Positions 19,447-28,603 of a stretch of 64,000 bases of DNA are shown piece after piece. How positions within the stretch are numbered: position 1 is the stretch's first letter; every line of letters starts with the position of its first letter. The notes under the pieces are model-generated. The model saw only the letters and a program-made list of their open reading frames with translations. It was not told the DNA's origin and ran no database searches. Where the stretch lies: positions 1,472,001 to 1,536,000 of the forward strand of contig CBDCFN010000016.1 in the NCBI GenBank assembly GCA_965216315.1, given 5' to 3'. The stretch is from a bacterium (GTDB lineage: Bacteria > UBA10199 > 2-02-FULL-50-16 > JAJFLM01). Position numbers and translations under genes: made by a program.

Positions 19447-20064
19447 GTGAAGCTGACCCGGACGGAGAAAAGGTCGAAAACACGTCGCGACCTCATTGAA
19501 GCCGCGCTCAGACTGATCGAAAAAGTTGGATTTGCCGGTCTCAGTCTCCGGGAAGTCACGCGCGAGGCGGGTGTCGCTCCGGCAACCTTTTATCGTCATT
19601 TCCATAACATGGATGATTTGGGCTTGGCACTAATTGATGAAGTGGGAATCTCGCTCCGGCAGCTGATGCGGCGTGCACGCAGGCGCGTCGGCGAAACAGG
19701 ACGCATGACGAGTACATCCGTCGACGTGTTCATGGAATTTATCGAGAACAATGGAAATCTGTTCCGTCTGCTCGTGGGAGAGCGTTCCGGGAGCACACCC
19801 GCATTTCGCTCCGCCCTTCGCTCCGAAATGAACCGTTTTATCAGTGAACTGAGAGAGGACTTAAAGCAACAATCTATTAAGTTGAACGCACCCCTAGATG
19901 ATGTGGCGATCGCCGCTCAAGCCATTGTAGCCGTCGTTTTTGCAACCGGCGTTGAGGCACTGGATGCGTCGGCCCAGCAAAATCATCAACTTGCAGAAGA
20001 ACTGATCCGACAGATTCGCATGATCCTTCGCGGTGCTGAACTTATGAGCCTGGATGGATCATAA
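19447..20064 (+). CDS. fabR: TetR-family regulator FabR/DesT-like
   Basis: LSLREVTREAGVAPATFYRHF...DDLGLALIDE; divergent from the desaturase; GTG at 19447 after AAGGAG (upstream ATGs at 19399/19423 possible). Confidence 0.82.
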   Translation: MKLTRTEKRSKTRRDLIEAALRLIEKVGFAGLSLREVTREAGVAPATFYRHFHNMDDLGLALIDEVGISLRQLMRRARRRVGETGRMTSTSVDVFMEFIENNGNLFRLLVGERSGSTPAFRSALRSEMNRFISELREDLKQQSIKLNAPLDDVAIAAQAIVAVVFATGVEALDASAQQNHQLAEELIRQIRMILRGAELMSLDGS

Positions 20065-20076
20065 GGCAAATTCTCC

Positions 20077-20106
20077 CACCCCATTTTGTGGGTGAAATGT
20101 GGGTGC
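20077..20106 (+). repeat. putative integrase arm-type sites near attR
   Basis: CACCCCATTTTGTGGGTGAAATGTGGGTGC; the part TTTTGTGGGTGAAATGTGGGTGC is identical to 8478-8500 at attL. Confidence 0.75.
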
Positions 20107-20230
20107 GCCACTCAAGAATGCTCGGAAACGCTCGGTAGTCCTCGGAATTCCGCCCCTGTAAGTTATTGTTTTTAAAGCGAACGTAATTTCATGTTCTAAC
20201 TCGTAAATTGATCAATTCGAACAGATCGAA

Positions 20231-20350
20231 TTGCCAACGTGAATGTCGCGGGTTGGCCCAACATATAAAATAAGATATCGGGTCTCCCGTCTCCCGCTCA
20301 TTAGATTTCAAGGGCTTAGCGCTCAGGCGTTAAGTCCTTTTTTTTCTTTT
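20231..20350 (+). repeat. attR: displaced tRNA-Gly 3' half with ~30-bp T-loop insertion, plus terminator
   Basis: Matches 8390-8481 closely, except that GGCCCAACATATAAAATAAGATATCGGGTC (20255-20284) replaces CGAG. Confidence 0.88.
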
Positions 20351-20443
20351 TGCAAATGAGATAATTAGCAGATAATTTAAGAAGGCTCGCGCACCCCCTT
20401 TACTTGACAAAACGATAAAGCGCGTACATTCAACGGTAAGCAC

Positions 20444-20821
20444 ATGACAAAAATCAACATTACATGGACACAAATCACTTTGGCATTGCTGCTTTTGTCT
20501 CCGGCTCTGACGATACAAGCCGTATTCAGCCCTGGCCATGAATATGAAACAAGCTCAAGAGTCGATACTCAGAAGCATCACCACGAAATTCAAAACAATT
20601 TATATTCTTTTGCAAATACCACCCAATCAACTAAAAACGTTTTCCGTCGTAACCGACCACATCGCCGCGTCACTCAGCGCATCACTAGCTTTCTGTATCT
20701 AAGCGCACCCCCGCCCCCTAAGCTCGTCCAGCTTGATACTTTTAGACCCGGGGAGACTCCAGGCAGTCTCATCAGTCGAGCTAATCTTATTTCGCCTCCT
20801 CAAACAGCCCCTCCCGCATAA
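20444..20821 (+). CDS. hypothetical exported protein / possible leader peptide ending TAPPA
   Basis: Signal-like hydrophobic N-terminus, HHH cluster, Pro-rich C-terminus. Confidence 0.45.
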   Translation: MTKINITWTQITLALLLLSPALTIQAVFSPGHEYETSSRVDTQKHHHEIQNNLYSFANTTQSTKNVFRRNRPHRRVTQRITSFLYLSAPPPPKLVQLDTFRPGETPGSLISRANLISPPQTAPPA

Positions 20822-21012
20822 GCGCAATACGGGAAGCTATCCGATTATGTATAGCTGTTTTGTATAGGTAATTGCGGCAGTTAAATTCTGCGCCATCGCT
20901 CAATTTGCATGAATCTGATCCAAGTTATTAAAGCAGTTTTCCGGATAAGATTTAGCAATCATTGAAACCAATAAGCGGAAGCCTAAATCACTGCCACTAC
21001 TAGGAGATTTCA

Positions 21013-21444
21013 ATGGATAAAATTAGACGAATTATGGTCTGCGTTACACAACAAAAATCATGTGAGCGATTGATTCAAAGAGGATCCGAATTAGCTCATG
21101 ACAAGCACGATAAAGTATATGCCATTCATATAGTTAAGGAGAATTGGCAATACTTCGGGCAACTAAGCGAACCGGATGCCATGGAGTATTTGTATCAGAA
21201 AGCTAAAACCTATGGAGCAGAATTATATGTTTTTAAGGCAAGCGATATTGAGAACACCTTAAGCAACTTTGCAAAGGAATCTCGAATTGACACTATAGTT
21301 ATGGGTGAATCACTGGAATCAAACGCTCAGCAGAGCATGATTCGCAGATTGCAAAAGAAGACCCCCAAAGAAATAGGCTTTGATATTGTGCCATTTGAGG
21401 AGCTGCATCCTAAGCCGACAGGCTCTACTGGTGAGTCATCATGA
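21013..21444 (+). CDS. universal stress protein (KdpD-type USP domain)
   Basis: RRIMVCVTQQKSCERLI...IDTIVMGES; SD AGGAG. Confidence 0.85.
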   Translation: MDKIRRIMVCVTQQKSCERLIQRGSELAHDKHDKVYAIHIVKENWQYFGQLSEPDAMEYLYQKAKTYGAELYVFKASDIENTLSNFAKESRIDTIVMGESLESNAQQSMIRRLQKKTPKEIGFDIVPFEELHPKPTGSTGESS

Positions 21445-21477
21445 AATTATTTATTAAAAGAAAGGATCAACCGAAGC

Positions 21478-21768
21478 ATGACTGAGTTTTTTCGAAAAAT
21501 AGGATACTTGGAAGGCATTTCTCTGCTCATTCTTTTGGGAATTGCCATGCCACTAAAGTATGCGTTGGATATGCCTGAAGCTGTTAAGGTCATCGGATGG
21601 ATTCACGGTATTTTGTTCATTGGGTATGTCATACTCTTGGCTATAGTCTCAATAGAGCAAAAGTGGCCGGTAAAAAGAACTGCAGCCGCATTGTTAGCAT
21701 CCGTTCTGCCTTTTGGAACTTTCGTTTTCGACCGGTCATTCACACGCGAAATTTTATACCGATCGTAA
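21478..21768 (+). CDS. DUF3817-family membrane protein
   Basis: YLEGISLLILLGIAMPLKY...GWIHGILF...ASVLPFGTF. Confidence 0.85.
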   Translation: MTEFFRKIGYLEGISLLILLGIAMPLKYALDMPEAVKVIGWIHGILFIGYVILLAIVSIEQKWPVKRTAAALLASVLPFGTFVFDRSFTREILYRS

Positions 21769-21773
21769 GGCTA

Positions 21774-21911
<138 letters not shown>

Positions 21912-22047
21912 TCATGGTGGACCTGGGCCAGCTTGAGTACGCTGAACATTCCGCCGGCATGGGCAGTGTGGCTCCACCTAAAGCGACCTAATGCCCAATA
22001 TAAAATGCTATGCTTGCAGTAACCTCAGCGAAAGCTCTTGTTCATCA

Positions 22048-22845
22048 TCAATCTACATGAGTCACGATGTGCGCCGGGGCGTCAAATTCAACAGAGCCAT
22101 CCTGCTGCACAAATTGGGACAATCGTTTAGACGCTTCCCGTTTTAGTTTCTCATACCCCTCGCCATCGATGACATCCGCAAGTGTCCATCCCTTAATGTC
22201 CGTATAAACCCACGAGTCGATCGAATCGAAGCGGGCCTTTCCCATTACCGTTTGCACCGTGACATTAGGAGCGCCGGCTTCGGCAAACAAAGTTTTCAGT
22301 GTGTTCGTATCTCCCAAGGAATAAGGAAATTGAATTGATTGAGCGACTTTTGGACCGAACAACTCGGCCAACATCTCACTCACGGCGGCATAACCGGGCG
22401 TGTCGCCCAATGAAGCCCAAACAGCCACACATAATTTTCCACCTGGGCGCAAGACCCTCAACATCTCCCTGACCGATTGAACGCGATCATTAAAAAACAT
22501 CAAACCGAATTGACTGACGACTCGGTCAAAAGAGTCATCTTCGAACGGCAATGACTCAGCGGCACTGTTTTGCCAGTTAATTTGATTCGACGCGGAACGC
22601 GCGACAGCGAGCATCTCTTCATTAATATCGACCCCCGTCACCACGCCGCTGTCGCCGACAACACGTTGGGCCTCACGAGCTAAAATACCGGTGCCGCAGG
22701 CGACATCTAATACGCTGTGACCCGATTGCACATCGGCTACTTTTAAAATTTGTGGCGGCCAGTCCGCAAATAGCGCCGGTACAAAAAAATTCTCGTAAAT
22801 TTCCGCGGCGCTCTCTGCAACTTGCCCGGTTTCATGTTTGTTCAT
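22048..22845 (-). CDS. class I SAM-dependent methyltransferase (UbiE-like)
   Basis: VLDVACGTG, AESLPFEDDSFD and RVLRPGG motifs. Confidence 0.9.
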   Translation of the reverse strand: MNKHETGQVAESAAEIYENFFVPALFADWPPQILKVADVQSGHSVLDVACGTGILAREAQRVVGDSGVVTGVDINEEMLAVARSASNQINWQNSAAESLPFEDDSFDRVVSQFGLMFFNDRVQSVREMLRVLRPGGKLCVAVWASLGDTPGYAAVSEMLAELFGPKVAQSIQFPYSLGDTNTLKTLFAEAGAPNVTVQTVMGKARFDSIDSWVYTDIKGWTLADVIDGEGYEKLKREASKRLSQFVQQDGSVEFDAPAHIVTHVD

Positions 22846-22884
22846 AGCCCCTCCCTGAGAGAGAGATTTATCTCCGTTTACGTC

Positions 22885-23697
22885 CTAATCTTCAACTTCA
22901 AACCCCCATCCCGTCTCCATAAGTGTATCAATGAGAAAATAATCGTGCTGATCCGGCAGTGTATGGCTCCCTCGGGGCGTATAACTGACCATTCTCTCTT
23001 TTGAGATGAGCATTCTTCCCGCGCCGACCAACATCCGCAAAGAAAACGTGCGCTGATTGTCATCCCGCATCTCTTGTTGCCACTTCCACCACAAAGAAGT
23101 TGAAGCAAGTATTCCCGGCACCAGCCAAAGAGGCGGAATAAATTTGCGGGTAAGATATTGATACTGCCCCTGCATCAAGATCTCCGCCGGCGCCCCATCC
23201 GGATCCACGCCCAAGCGTGCTAAGGCATTCGTCCAGTCCGCATAGCTCACGTCACTAATAAATCGATAGTGCGGTATGGCTTCGGTCGTAAACTGCACTG
23301 CATCTCTCAAATAGTCATATTCCTCTCCGTTCGCCACTTCTCCTGCCTGGATATCAACTGATCCATGATCTTCCGGCCCTGTGTCACCGACACCCGAACT
23401 CGCGGAGACTTCAACATATTGACCGTCAAAGTCGCCATTTAAGAGTGCATCGCGAAAACGAAATATGTCTCGCTCCGAATACGGCGTCTCCGTCGCGGCA
23501 CTCAAAGTCTTGAATGAAGTTAATTGTTCTGCCGGACTGAGCTCACTCAGCCGAAAGATTCTCCCCTCTTGAACATAAATATCTTCACCCACTGCGTCGG
23601 CCAATAGTGAGAGAAAATGACTTAGATTAGGCTGAGAGTTCGATCCCGCGGCCAACAAAAAAGGGACCGATGTTGCACAATACACTGCTGTAACCAT
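22885..23697 (-). CDS. hypothetical protein
   Basis: Long ORF; ATG at 23697 preceded by GGGAG; no family recognised. Confidence 0.55.
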   Translation of the reverse strand: MVTAVYCATSVPFLLAAGSNSQPNLSHFLSLLADAVGEDIYVQEGRIFRLSELSPAEQLTSFKTLSAATETPYSERDIFRFRDALLNGDFDGQYVEVSASSGVGDTGPEDHGSVDIQAGEVANGEEYDYLRDAVQFTTEAIPHYRFISDVSYADWTNALARLGVDPDGAPAEILMQGQYQYLTRKFIPPLWLVPGILASTSLWWKWQQEMRDDNQRTFSLRMLVGAGRMLISKERMVSYTPRGSHTLPDQHDYFLIDTLMETGWGFEVED

Positions 23698-23794
23698 ATG
23701 ATCTCCCGATAGAGCCAATAAAAATTGAATTGGTAAAATCGACCTGATGTCAATAAAGTTGCTACTTTTCAATGCTTAGGAAATACAAAATTGG

Positions 23795-25120
23795 TCAGGC
23801 TGGTGAAGATAACTCTCTCATGTAGAGTTCATAATCAAAGAGCGCCATAATAGTCTGCACGAAAAAATAGCATTCTTGTTCTGGAGACATTCCTAAATCA
23901 ACATTTAATCGAAACCGGACGCGATAGCTGTACAGCATAATATAGGAATCATATCTGTTCGCCAGAAAGGCGGCTATAATACTTGCCGGCGAAGTAATTT
24001 CCATAAAGGGCACTTTATCCCCTGGTTCAGATTCGCTCAAAGTCATCGTTTCCGTCTCAATAAAGTAGGTTTTTTCCGAATGTTTACCCAGGATGCGTAA
24101 CGCAATGACTTGGTCCCTAACATTAAAAGGTAACTGCGCCCGCTTCTTAAAATATTCATATAGTTTCGGCTCCAGGAGCTCCACCTCACCGAAATCAAAC
24201 TTTTTGTTGCGAAGCCCTTTTTGGGTCAGGTGATTTTTATAATGGGTCATAAAGTCCGATAAATTATTCCCCCAAAGATTCTCTTGATGATAAGGCGAGA
24301 CCTTTCCGCTCGCGGAGTGAATGACGTCTCCCGGTTGCATGATCCAACAGACACACTCCGGAAGGCTTTCCTCCAAATATCGCTTAAATTCAGGGGGTGT
24401 CGTCCGACTATATTGATTCAGCTCAAGCTGGTCCTCATTAAAGTAGGAGATTGTATACGAATAAGGGATCACAACTTTAGGCTTTAATATGTTCAAATAG
24501 CCAATGTATCCTTGAACGTGTTCCTTTTCTCTCGCTTGCCTTAAGTCTTGAAGTACCTCCTTGGGGCGAGTGAGAAGCAACGGATATATTTCTTGAATTC
24601 CGGTGTGAGGAAAGAAAGCGTAGTCAATTTGAAAGCGCTCTGCCATCTTCGTAAAAATATCGGAATTAAGCTGGCAGTCATTTTCATGTAATACGGTGAC
24701 ATCTTCCGCCTGAATCACCAAGGCATTATCCACCCCGTTCGGATCCGCATAATTTGTGAGTTGGATACCCTCCGGCAAAGTCACCGTTGATTGATCGGGC
24801 AAGAAAAGCAAGCTCTCAAAACCGTAACTGCGGATCTTATCGGCAAGTCCAGGCTGGTTGCCTGGGAGGATGATCGTGCCGACCTGATCCTTCAAGGCAA
24901 GCATGGTTTCTTTATGACAGTGATCGTCATGAACGTGCGAACAATACAGATAATCAATGCGGCCAAAGTGCTTCTTATCAAGGGAGCGATCGGGGTAATG
25001 GCAGAGGAACTGAGCAGTCAACTCATCAAAAAAATAGAAAGGGTCCGTCAGCAAGGTCGTTCCCCTACTCTTGATAAAGAGAGATGCATGGGTGACGTAC
25101 TCAATATCCATAGCGAGCAA
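23795..25120 (-). CDS. metallo-beta-lactamase-fold hydrolase (UlaG/CMP-NeuAc hydroxylase-like)
   Basis: THASL...LLTDPF, CSHVHDDH (HxHxDH), LHENDC. Confidence 0.8.
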   Translation of the reverse strand: MLAMDIEYVTHASLFIKSRGTTLLTDPFYFFDELTAQFLCHYPDRSLDKKHFGRIDYLYCSHVHDDHCHKETMLALKDQVGTIILPGNQPGLADKIRSYGFESLLFLPDQSTVTLPEGIQLTNYADPNGVDNALVIQAEDVTVLHENDCQLNSDIFTKMAERFQIDYAFFPHTGIQEIYPLLLTRPKEVLQDLRQAREKEHVQGYIGYLNILKPKVVIPYSYTISYFNEDQLELNQYSRTTPPEFKRYLEESLPECVCWIMQPGDVIHSASGKVSPYHQENLWGNNLSDFMTHYKNHLTQKGLRNKKFDFGEVELLEPKLYEYFKKRAQLPFNVRDQVIALRILGKHSEKTYFIETETMTLSESEPGDKVPFMEITSPASIIAAFLANRYDSYIMLYSYRVRFRLNVDLGMSPEQECYFFVQTIMALFDYELYMRELSSPA

Positions 25121-25276
25121 TGGTTATCTGAGAGGCTCCAACTGTCAACTCTCCTCCCCTTACTGACTCATTGCGTCAGGAAGGGCGCAACAAAACAGCT
25201 TTCTCGAACCCTTCATATCAGTTACCATATACAATAATGTAATCGATACTGCGATTACCAAGTCAAGGAGGATAAA

Positions 25277-25744
25277 ATGTTCCGCACTAGCTTAATTCTT
25301 TCTGCTGTACTTGTCGTTCCAATAATACTCTTTACGGTTAATTCGGCCGAAGCTGAGCTTAGAGTCACTCCTGATCGTGCTCAAAACTGCTTATCACCGG
25401 CACAAGTCAACTCTCTACTTCGGAAATCGGGCCTTCCAGCCGTAAATATTCGCGGTTTTGATCGCGACAATTCGTCCTCCGCCCTATCAAGTTGTAGTTG
25501 CTCTGACCCTTATATCAAAGAGCACTGCAGTATGTGTGGAGCCTGCTCGCAAAGCGGCAACAAATGCGCCTGCACCTGTTTTGGTGGCATAAAAAACCCG
25601 GATGGCGATAGTGGGACTGAGGGAAAAGCAGGCTGCAAGACGAATAGCGATTGCCCTAAAGGACAAAAATGCCGTGATGGTAAATGCGGAGAAGACATCA
25701 TACTCAAGCCCTGTGATGATCCATTGTGTAACATCGACGATTAA
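25277..25744 (+). CDS. secreted cysteine-rich protein
   Basis: Signal peptide ending AEA; many Cys including CKTNSDCPKGQKCRDGKC; SD AGGAG. Confidence 0.7.
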   Translation: MFRTSLILSAVLVVPIILFTVNSAEAELRVTPDRAQNCLSPAQVNSLLRKSGLPAVNIRGFDRDNSSSALSSCSCSDPYIKEHCSMCGACSQSGNKCACTCFGGIKNPDGDSGTEGKAGCKTNSDCPKGQKCRDGKCGEDIILKPCDDPLCNIDD

Positions 25745-25759
25745 TCTTCGCAGCACAGT

Positions 25760-28129
25760 ATGAAATTTCTGACGCCAGGAATCGCAGGTCTCGTCCTGCT
25801 GTTTGGATTATCTTCGTCAGTTAGAGTCAGTGCAGATGCAGGGAATGTAGAGGAACCTGTCTATATTGATGTGCGGTCCTATGGGGAGCGCCGAATGGGC
25901 TATATCCCCTCTTCTCTCCATATACCGCTTGATCAACTATACCGAAACCACTCCAGCCTTTCCATTTACAAGAACCGCCAATTGGTAATGATTTGTGAGT
26001 CCGGCGTTCGTTCCGGCAAAGCAAGAGATCTACTGGAAAAGAACGGCTTTACAAAAGTCAGTAACTTAAAGGGGGGGATGAGAGCCTGGCGTGAGGCGGG
26101 CAAAGCCGTCAACGGATCTTTACTGCGAATCTCTGATCATGCCGATGATGTTTTTGACGATAAAAAAATAGGAGTGTTGGTCCGTGTCATTTCTGTCGCG
26201 GACAAGACCAATACCGTTGTCGGCTTGCAAGTCTTTACCGTTTTTCCGGATAGCCCTGCCGAAAAAGCAGGCATACAATTTAAGGATACCATCACCCATA
26301 TTAATGGACGCAAACTGTCCCGGAAGGAACTCGAAAGCAAAAAATCGTATTTTGAGTACTTCAAAACGGATAAAGGCCAAAATGATATTGAGCTCACCAT
26401 CAATCGGAATAATAAAGCGTTCCAGGTAAAACTAACACTGGAATCAACCGATTACCGTACATTCGTCAAATCCCCTTTTGAAAGTCCTTTTTCTCAAATC
26501 GCTCATTCAAAGCATTACCTTCCATTAAGCCGCAGCTTTCAAGCCCTGTTAACAACGTGGGGAAGCATCACGCTCCCGGTCGTTACGAGTTTCTTCACGC
26601 AGCCCCAATATACTCCGGTCATTGCAAGCGCTTCGCTTCCGAAACAAATCACCGCTCACGACGCAGGTAGCATGCTCGCAAAAGGTCTCAAAGCAGCCGC
26701 TAAGCAATTTTCGAATCGCCCCCTACTCGTCGTGGAAAGAAAAAGGCCAGAAACACTCACGGAATTATTAGACTATATAGAAGACACTCTGGACCGGGCG
26801 GAACAGACCTCAAGCAAGCTTCGACAACGATTTACAGCTGAGGAGTTAACCGTCATCCAGAACAACGGACCAGCCGCCTTAGAGCAATTTTCCCAATCCC
26901 TAATCATGCAAGACACTCCGGACAACGAATCAATTCTTAACATGTTTGAGCTACGGCGAGTGGGTACCAAGGTAAATATCACAGAACTCATCAAGACCGC
27001 CGGTCTCTTGACGGCTTTCAGCTCCCCGGAGTTGACGAACCTCATCAAAAAACTAGCCCTGACGCATTCAGGCAATGTGACAAGAGAGACACGTTGGGGA
27101 AAAATTATTATCGGTCAGAGCGGAAACAGTGTCTACCGCGAAACGGCGGCAGTAATAATCGATTTTGGTGGCAATGATTTGTACGAATTCGAGGTGGATA
27201 ATTATCCTCAAATTGTGATCGATGTAGCAGGCGACGACATATATAAAACCATTGCTTCCAATCGAAAACGACTTAGTCCCTTTGCAACTAAACTTTTGTA
27301 TGATATCTCCGGAAACGACGTCTACTCGGGCGATACAGGGAACATAGCCACCGGAGTTTTCGGTATTTCACTGCACGTGGACGCAGCAGGTAATGACCAC
27401 TACACGGGCAAAAACTTCTCTCTGGGCGCAGGTTTCTTTGGCGTCGGCATTCTTGTCGATCACAGTGGTAATGATCACTATGAATCAAACTTATTTTCAC
27501 AAGGCTTTGGCGGCGTATTAGGCGTTGGGCTACTCATTGATGCTTCGGGTAATGATCATTATACAAATACCGGATCACCTGCAGCAGCATGCCCTACTTG
27601 CAGTTTCGCTCAAGGTGCGGGGATCGGCGTACCCATCTGGGCCTACGGTGGCATGGGAGCCCTTCTTGACCTGAGTGGAGCCGATCATTATTCCGCGTTA
27701 AACTACGCTCAAGGAGTCGGTTATTATGGAGGATTCGGTATCCTGCATGACTTATCGGGCAACGACCAATTTATAGGAGGAAAATTCACCCAAGGCGCAG
27801 GCGTCCATGGCGCAATAGGAATTCTCAAGGATGAGAGTGGAGATGATCGCTATGAATCAACTGATATTAGATCTCAGGGCGCAGCCTGGGACCGTGGCAT
27901 CGGTTATCTTCATGACAGCGCCGGCAATGATGCCTATCGATCTCGCGCCCAAGCCCAATCCTTCGGTGCAAAAAACAGCATAGCCGTCTTGATCGACTCC
28001 GGCGGACAAAACGAATTTTCCTGTGATCAACATGATTTCTGCCAAGGAAAAACAGACATGAATCAATTTAGCCCAGCGAGACAAGCGGAGAGTATCGCCA
28101 TCTTCCGCACAGACGACGGAAATCCGTAA
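25760..28129 (+). CDS. secreted rhodanese + PDZ + GxDxY-repeat protein
   Basis: Signal peptide; IDVRS...ICESGVRS...NLKGGMRAW (rhodanese); VFPDSPAEKAGIQFKDTITHING (PDZ); repeated D-x-x-G-[ND]-D-x-Y units. Confidence 0.75.
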   Translation: MKFLTPGIAGLVLLFGLSSSVRVSADAGNVEEPVYIDVRSYGERRMGYIPSSLHIPLDQLYRNHSSLSIYKNRQLVMICESGVRSGKARDLLEKNGFTKVSNLKGGMRAWREAGKAVNGSLLRISDHADDVFDDKKIGVLVRVISVADKTNTVVGLQVFTVFPDSPAEKAGIQFKDTITHINGRKLSRKELESKKSYFEYFKTDKGQNDIELTINRNNKAFQVKLTLESTDYRTFVKSPFESPFSQIAHSKHYLPLSRSFQALLTTWGSITLPVVTSFFTQPQYTPVIASASLPKQITAHDAGSMLAKGLKAAAKQFSNRPLLVVERKRPETLTELLDYIEDTLDRAEQTSSKLRQRFTAEELTVIQNNGPAALEQFSQSLIMQDTPDNESILNMFELRRVGTKVNITELIKTAGLLTAFSSPELTNLIKKLALTHSGNVTRETRWGKIIIGQSGNSVYRETAAVIIDFGGNDLYEFEVDNYPQIVIDVAGDDIYKTIASNRKRLSPFATKLLYDISGNDVYSGDTGNIATGVFGISLHVDAAGNDHYTGKNFSLGAGFFGVGILVDHSGNDHYESNLFSQGFGGVLGVGLLIDASGNDHYTNTGSPAAACPTCSFAQGAGIGVPIWAYGGMGALLDLSGADHYSALNYAQGVGYYGGFGILHDLSGNDQFIGGKFTQGAGVHGAIGILKDESGDDRYESTDIRSQGAAWDRGIGYLHDSAGNDAYRSRAQAQSFGAKNSIAVLIDSGGQNEFSCDQHDFCQGKTDMNQFSPARQAESIAIFRTDDGNP

Positions 28130-28603
28130 ACAACCTCATCACCCTCGTTCTTATCGGCTGCATCGCGTCTGAAGATTCTCTACGCAGCGCAGCATTGCAA
28201 AAAAAATTCTTCGATCTGGTTTCTATCAAAATGCATGCCAAGACGCTGAGGAAATTAGTCCAATGAAATCATTGTGTTCAACTTGCTGTATGCTGTCGAT
28301 TTTTTCAAACGTGTACAAACGGAATTATTTAATTTTTTTTCGTTTTAGCTGTTGTTTCACCCACACGTCGCTGGTACCATCCAATTAAGCGTTGGGGAAC
28401 GTACATCGGGCGAGTGTCGCGAATAATTGTGGGGGGAGGTTCAGCTGTTATGCGCGACGCGACGATGAGACCCCGAAAAATTCCAGCCATTGGGTCAGTC
28501 CCATCTCAATACATACAGCCATCTCCTCTTAAACTGTGGCGTGACGTTTAGTTTGCACTGACGAGTGTGGGCTAGGAGTCGAGTGTGTAGCGAGGGAAGT
28601 CCA

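Larger units (their letters stand above)
8390..20350. mobile_element. tRNA-Gly-integrated genomic island (~12 kb) with tyrosine integrase
   Basis: The tRNA 3' half plus terminator (8390-8481) is repeated at 20231-20350; the integrase is adjacent to the tRNA; cargo includes xis-like, TA and defence-like genes. Confidence 0.9.

Noticed and set aside
8478..20106. CRISPR array or integron attC interpretation of the repeated 18-mer
   Set aside because: Copies are kilobases apart, there are no cas genes or GTTRRRY attC ends, and the integrase is phage-type rather than IntI
20231..20300. Second functional tRNA or intron-containing tRNA
   Set aside because: Lacks the 5' half; it is the attR duplication
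8390..20350. Prophage or ICE
   Set aside because: No capsid, terminase, tail, relaxase or T4SS genes
20822..21012. Riboswitch upstream of the USP gene
   Set aside because: Could not identify the conserved motifs of c-di-AMP or other known aptamers by eye
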